Below, in pieces: positions 62,990 to 64,000 of a stretch of DNA of 64,000 bases. Source of the DNA: Eledone cirrhosa. Its lineage: Eukaryota. Made by a program: the position numbers and the translations under genes. The stretch lies in assembly GCA_964016885.1 (NCBI GenBank), contig OZ024741.1:74710001-74774000 (forward strand). Direction: 5' to 3'. Positions within the stretch are counted from its first letter, which is position 1; each line of letters starts with the position of its first letter. Under the pieces are notes generated by a model. That model made no database searches. It worked only from the letters and a program-made list of their open reading frames with translations, and had not been told where the DNA came from.

Positions 62990-63890
62990 AGAGCCTGCCA
63001 TGAACATTCAACTGAATCTATGGAAGATTTAAAGAAGAAATTCCAGACATGGAAATAATACTTCTAAGTCAAAAAGCCTCAGAATAAAAATTAAATTGAA
63101 AAGAAGAAAAGACCCTGCTGCCACCAGTAAAATGGACATAGGAAAAAGGAGCAGGAAGAATTTTGTGCATTGTACCCATTGTAAGCATTATGTGCAGAAG
63201 AGATTTAGCAGGATCTCAAGCAGGCTAACTGAAGAAAGAGATTGTGTGTGTTGTAGATGCAAGTTGTAAGAGCATCAGTGAAATAAACTTTTTCCAACCC
63301 TTGGAAAGCTCCACAGAAGTAGTTCATAACGTCTCTGTTAAATAGGTGACCTAATTAACTGAGTGAGAGCCTTCTCCAGATGTAGAGCAGTCAGAATAAA
63401 AATAGAATAGAAAACGTTCAGGTAGCTGCTACCTTTGATGACAACACAAGGGTTCTCATTCTGAATGAAGGATAAATTGTATGATGCCTGTGTACGAAGT
63501 CTGCTATTGCATGGTAGTGAGATATGGGTAATGAATGCAATGGATGTGTAAAGGCTAGAAAGAAAGAAAATGAGTGTGCACCATTGGATGTGTAAGGTCA
63601 GTGTACAAAAATAATAAAGCATAGACGAGTTGAGAGAAAAACTGAGTATTAAAATATTCAGATGTAATGTGCAAGAGAGTTATGAACATGTAAAGATTAT
63701 TGATGATCATTGGATGATGAAATACCAAGAGGTTCAAGTGGATTGAAAAAGTGGTAGAAATAAGTTGAAGTCTTGGTAGAAATGATAAAAGCAGATCCCA
63801 CAATGTTGAACCTCATAAAGAAGAGATAAGTGGAGGGATATTTAACCCATAGAAGCATAGAAAAATGGATGCAAAAATGATTATGATGAA
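62990..63890 (+). mobile_element. Old degenerate RTE fragment
   Basis: LYDACVRSLLLHGSEIW-like sequence, collinear with 36720-37590. Confidence 0.7.
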
Positions 63891-64000
63891 TGTGGTACTA
63901 CCAAAACTAGACTTACACTAATACCACACTACATTGCTCATGTCCAGAGTCTATTTTTAATTCATTGTAATTAATTAAAATTTAGAAAGTTGTATCACTT

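Overview
AT-rich, repeat-dense eukaryotic DNA with no confidently identifiable host protein-coding gene. The mix of tRNA-derived SINEs, RTE LINEs and (TA)n/(CA)n microsatellites suggests an octopus-like cephalopod (inference). The window holds RTE and CR1-type LINE remnants, a GIY-YIG Penelope-like element (PLE) fragment, Helitrons, pogo/mariner/piggyBac-type non-autonomous DNA transposons and many SINEs. The main unannotated signal is a dense set of type I hammerhead ribozymes (CUGAnGA...GAAA...UH), read by eye. Six sites have intact or near-intact folds (6180, 8104/12085, 10617, 20385, 28786, 56229) and several more are degenerate or palindromic. They sit in non-coding elements of dissimilar sequence with the PLE partial-tandem plus inverted-end architecture, including a 463-bp retrozyme-like unit and a ~1.9-kb unit that itself carries a nested PLE insertion with a 12-bp target-site duplication (TSD). 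All folds and coordinates were derived manually, not computed.
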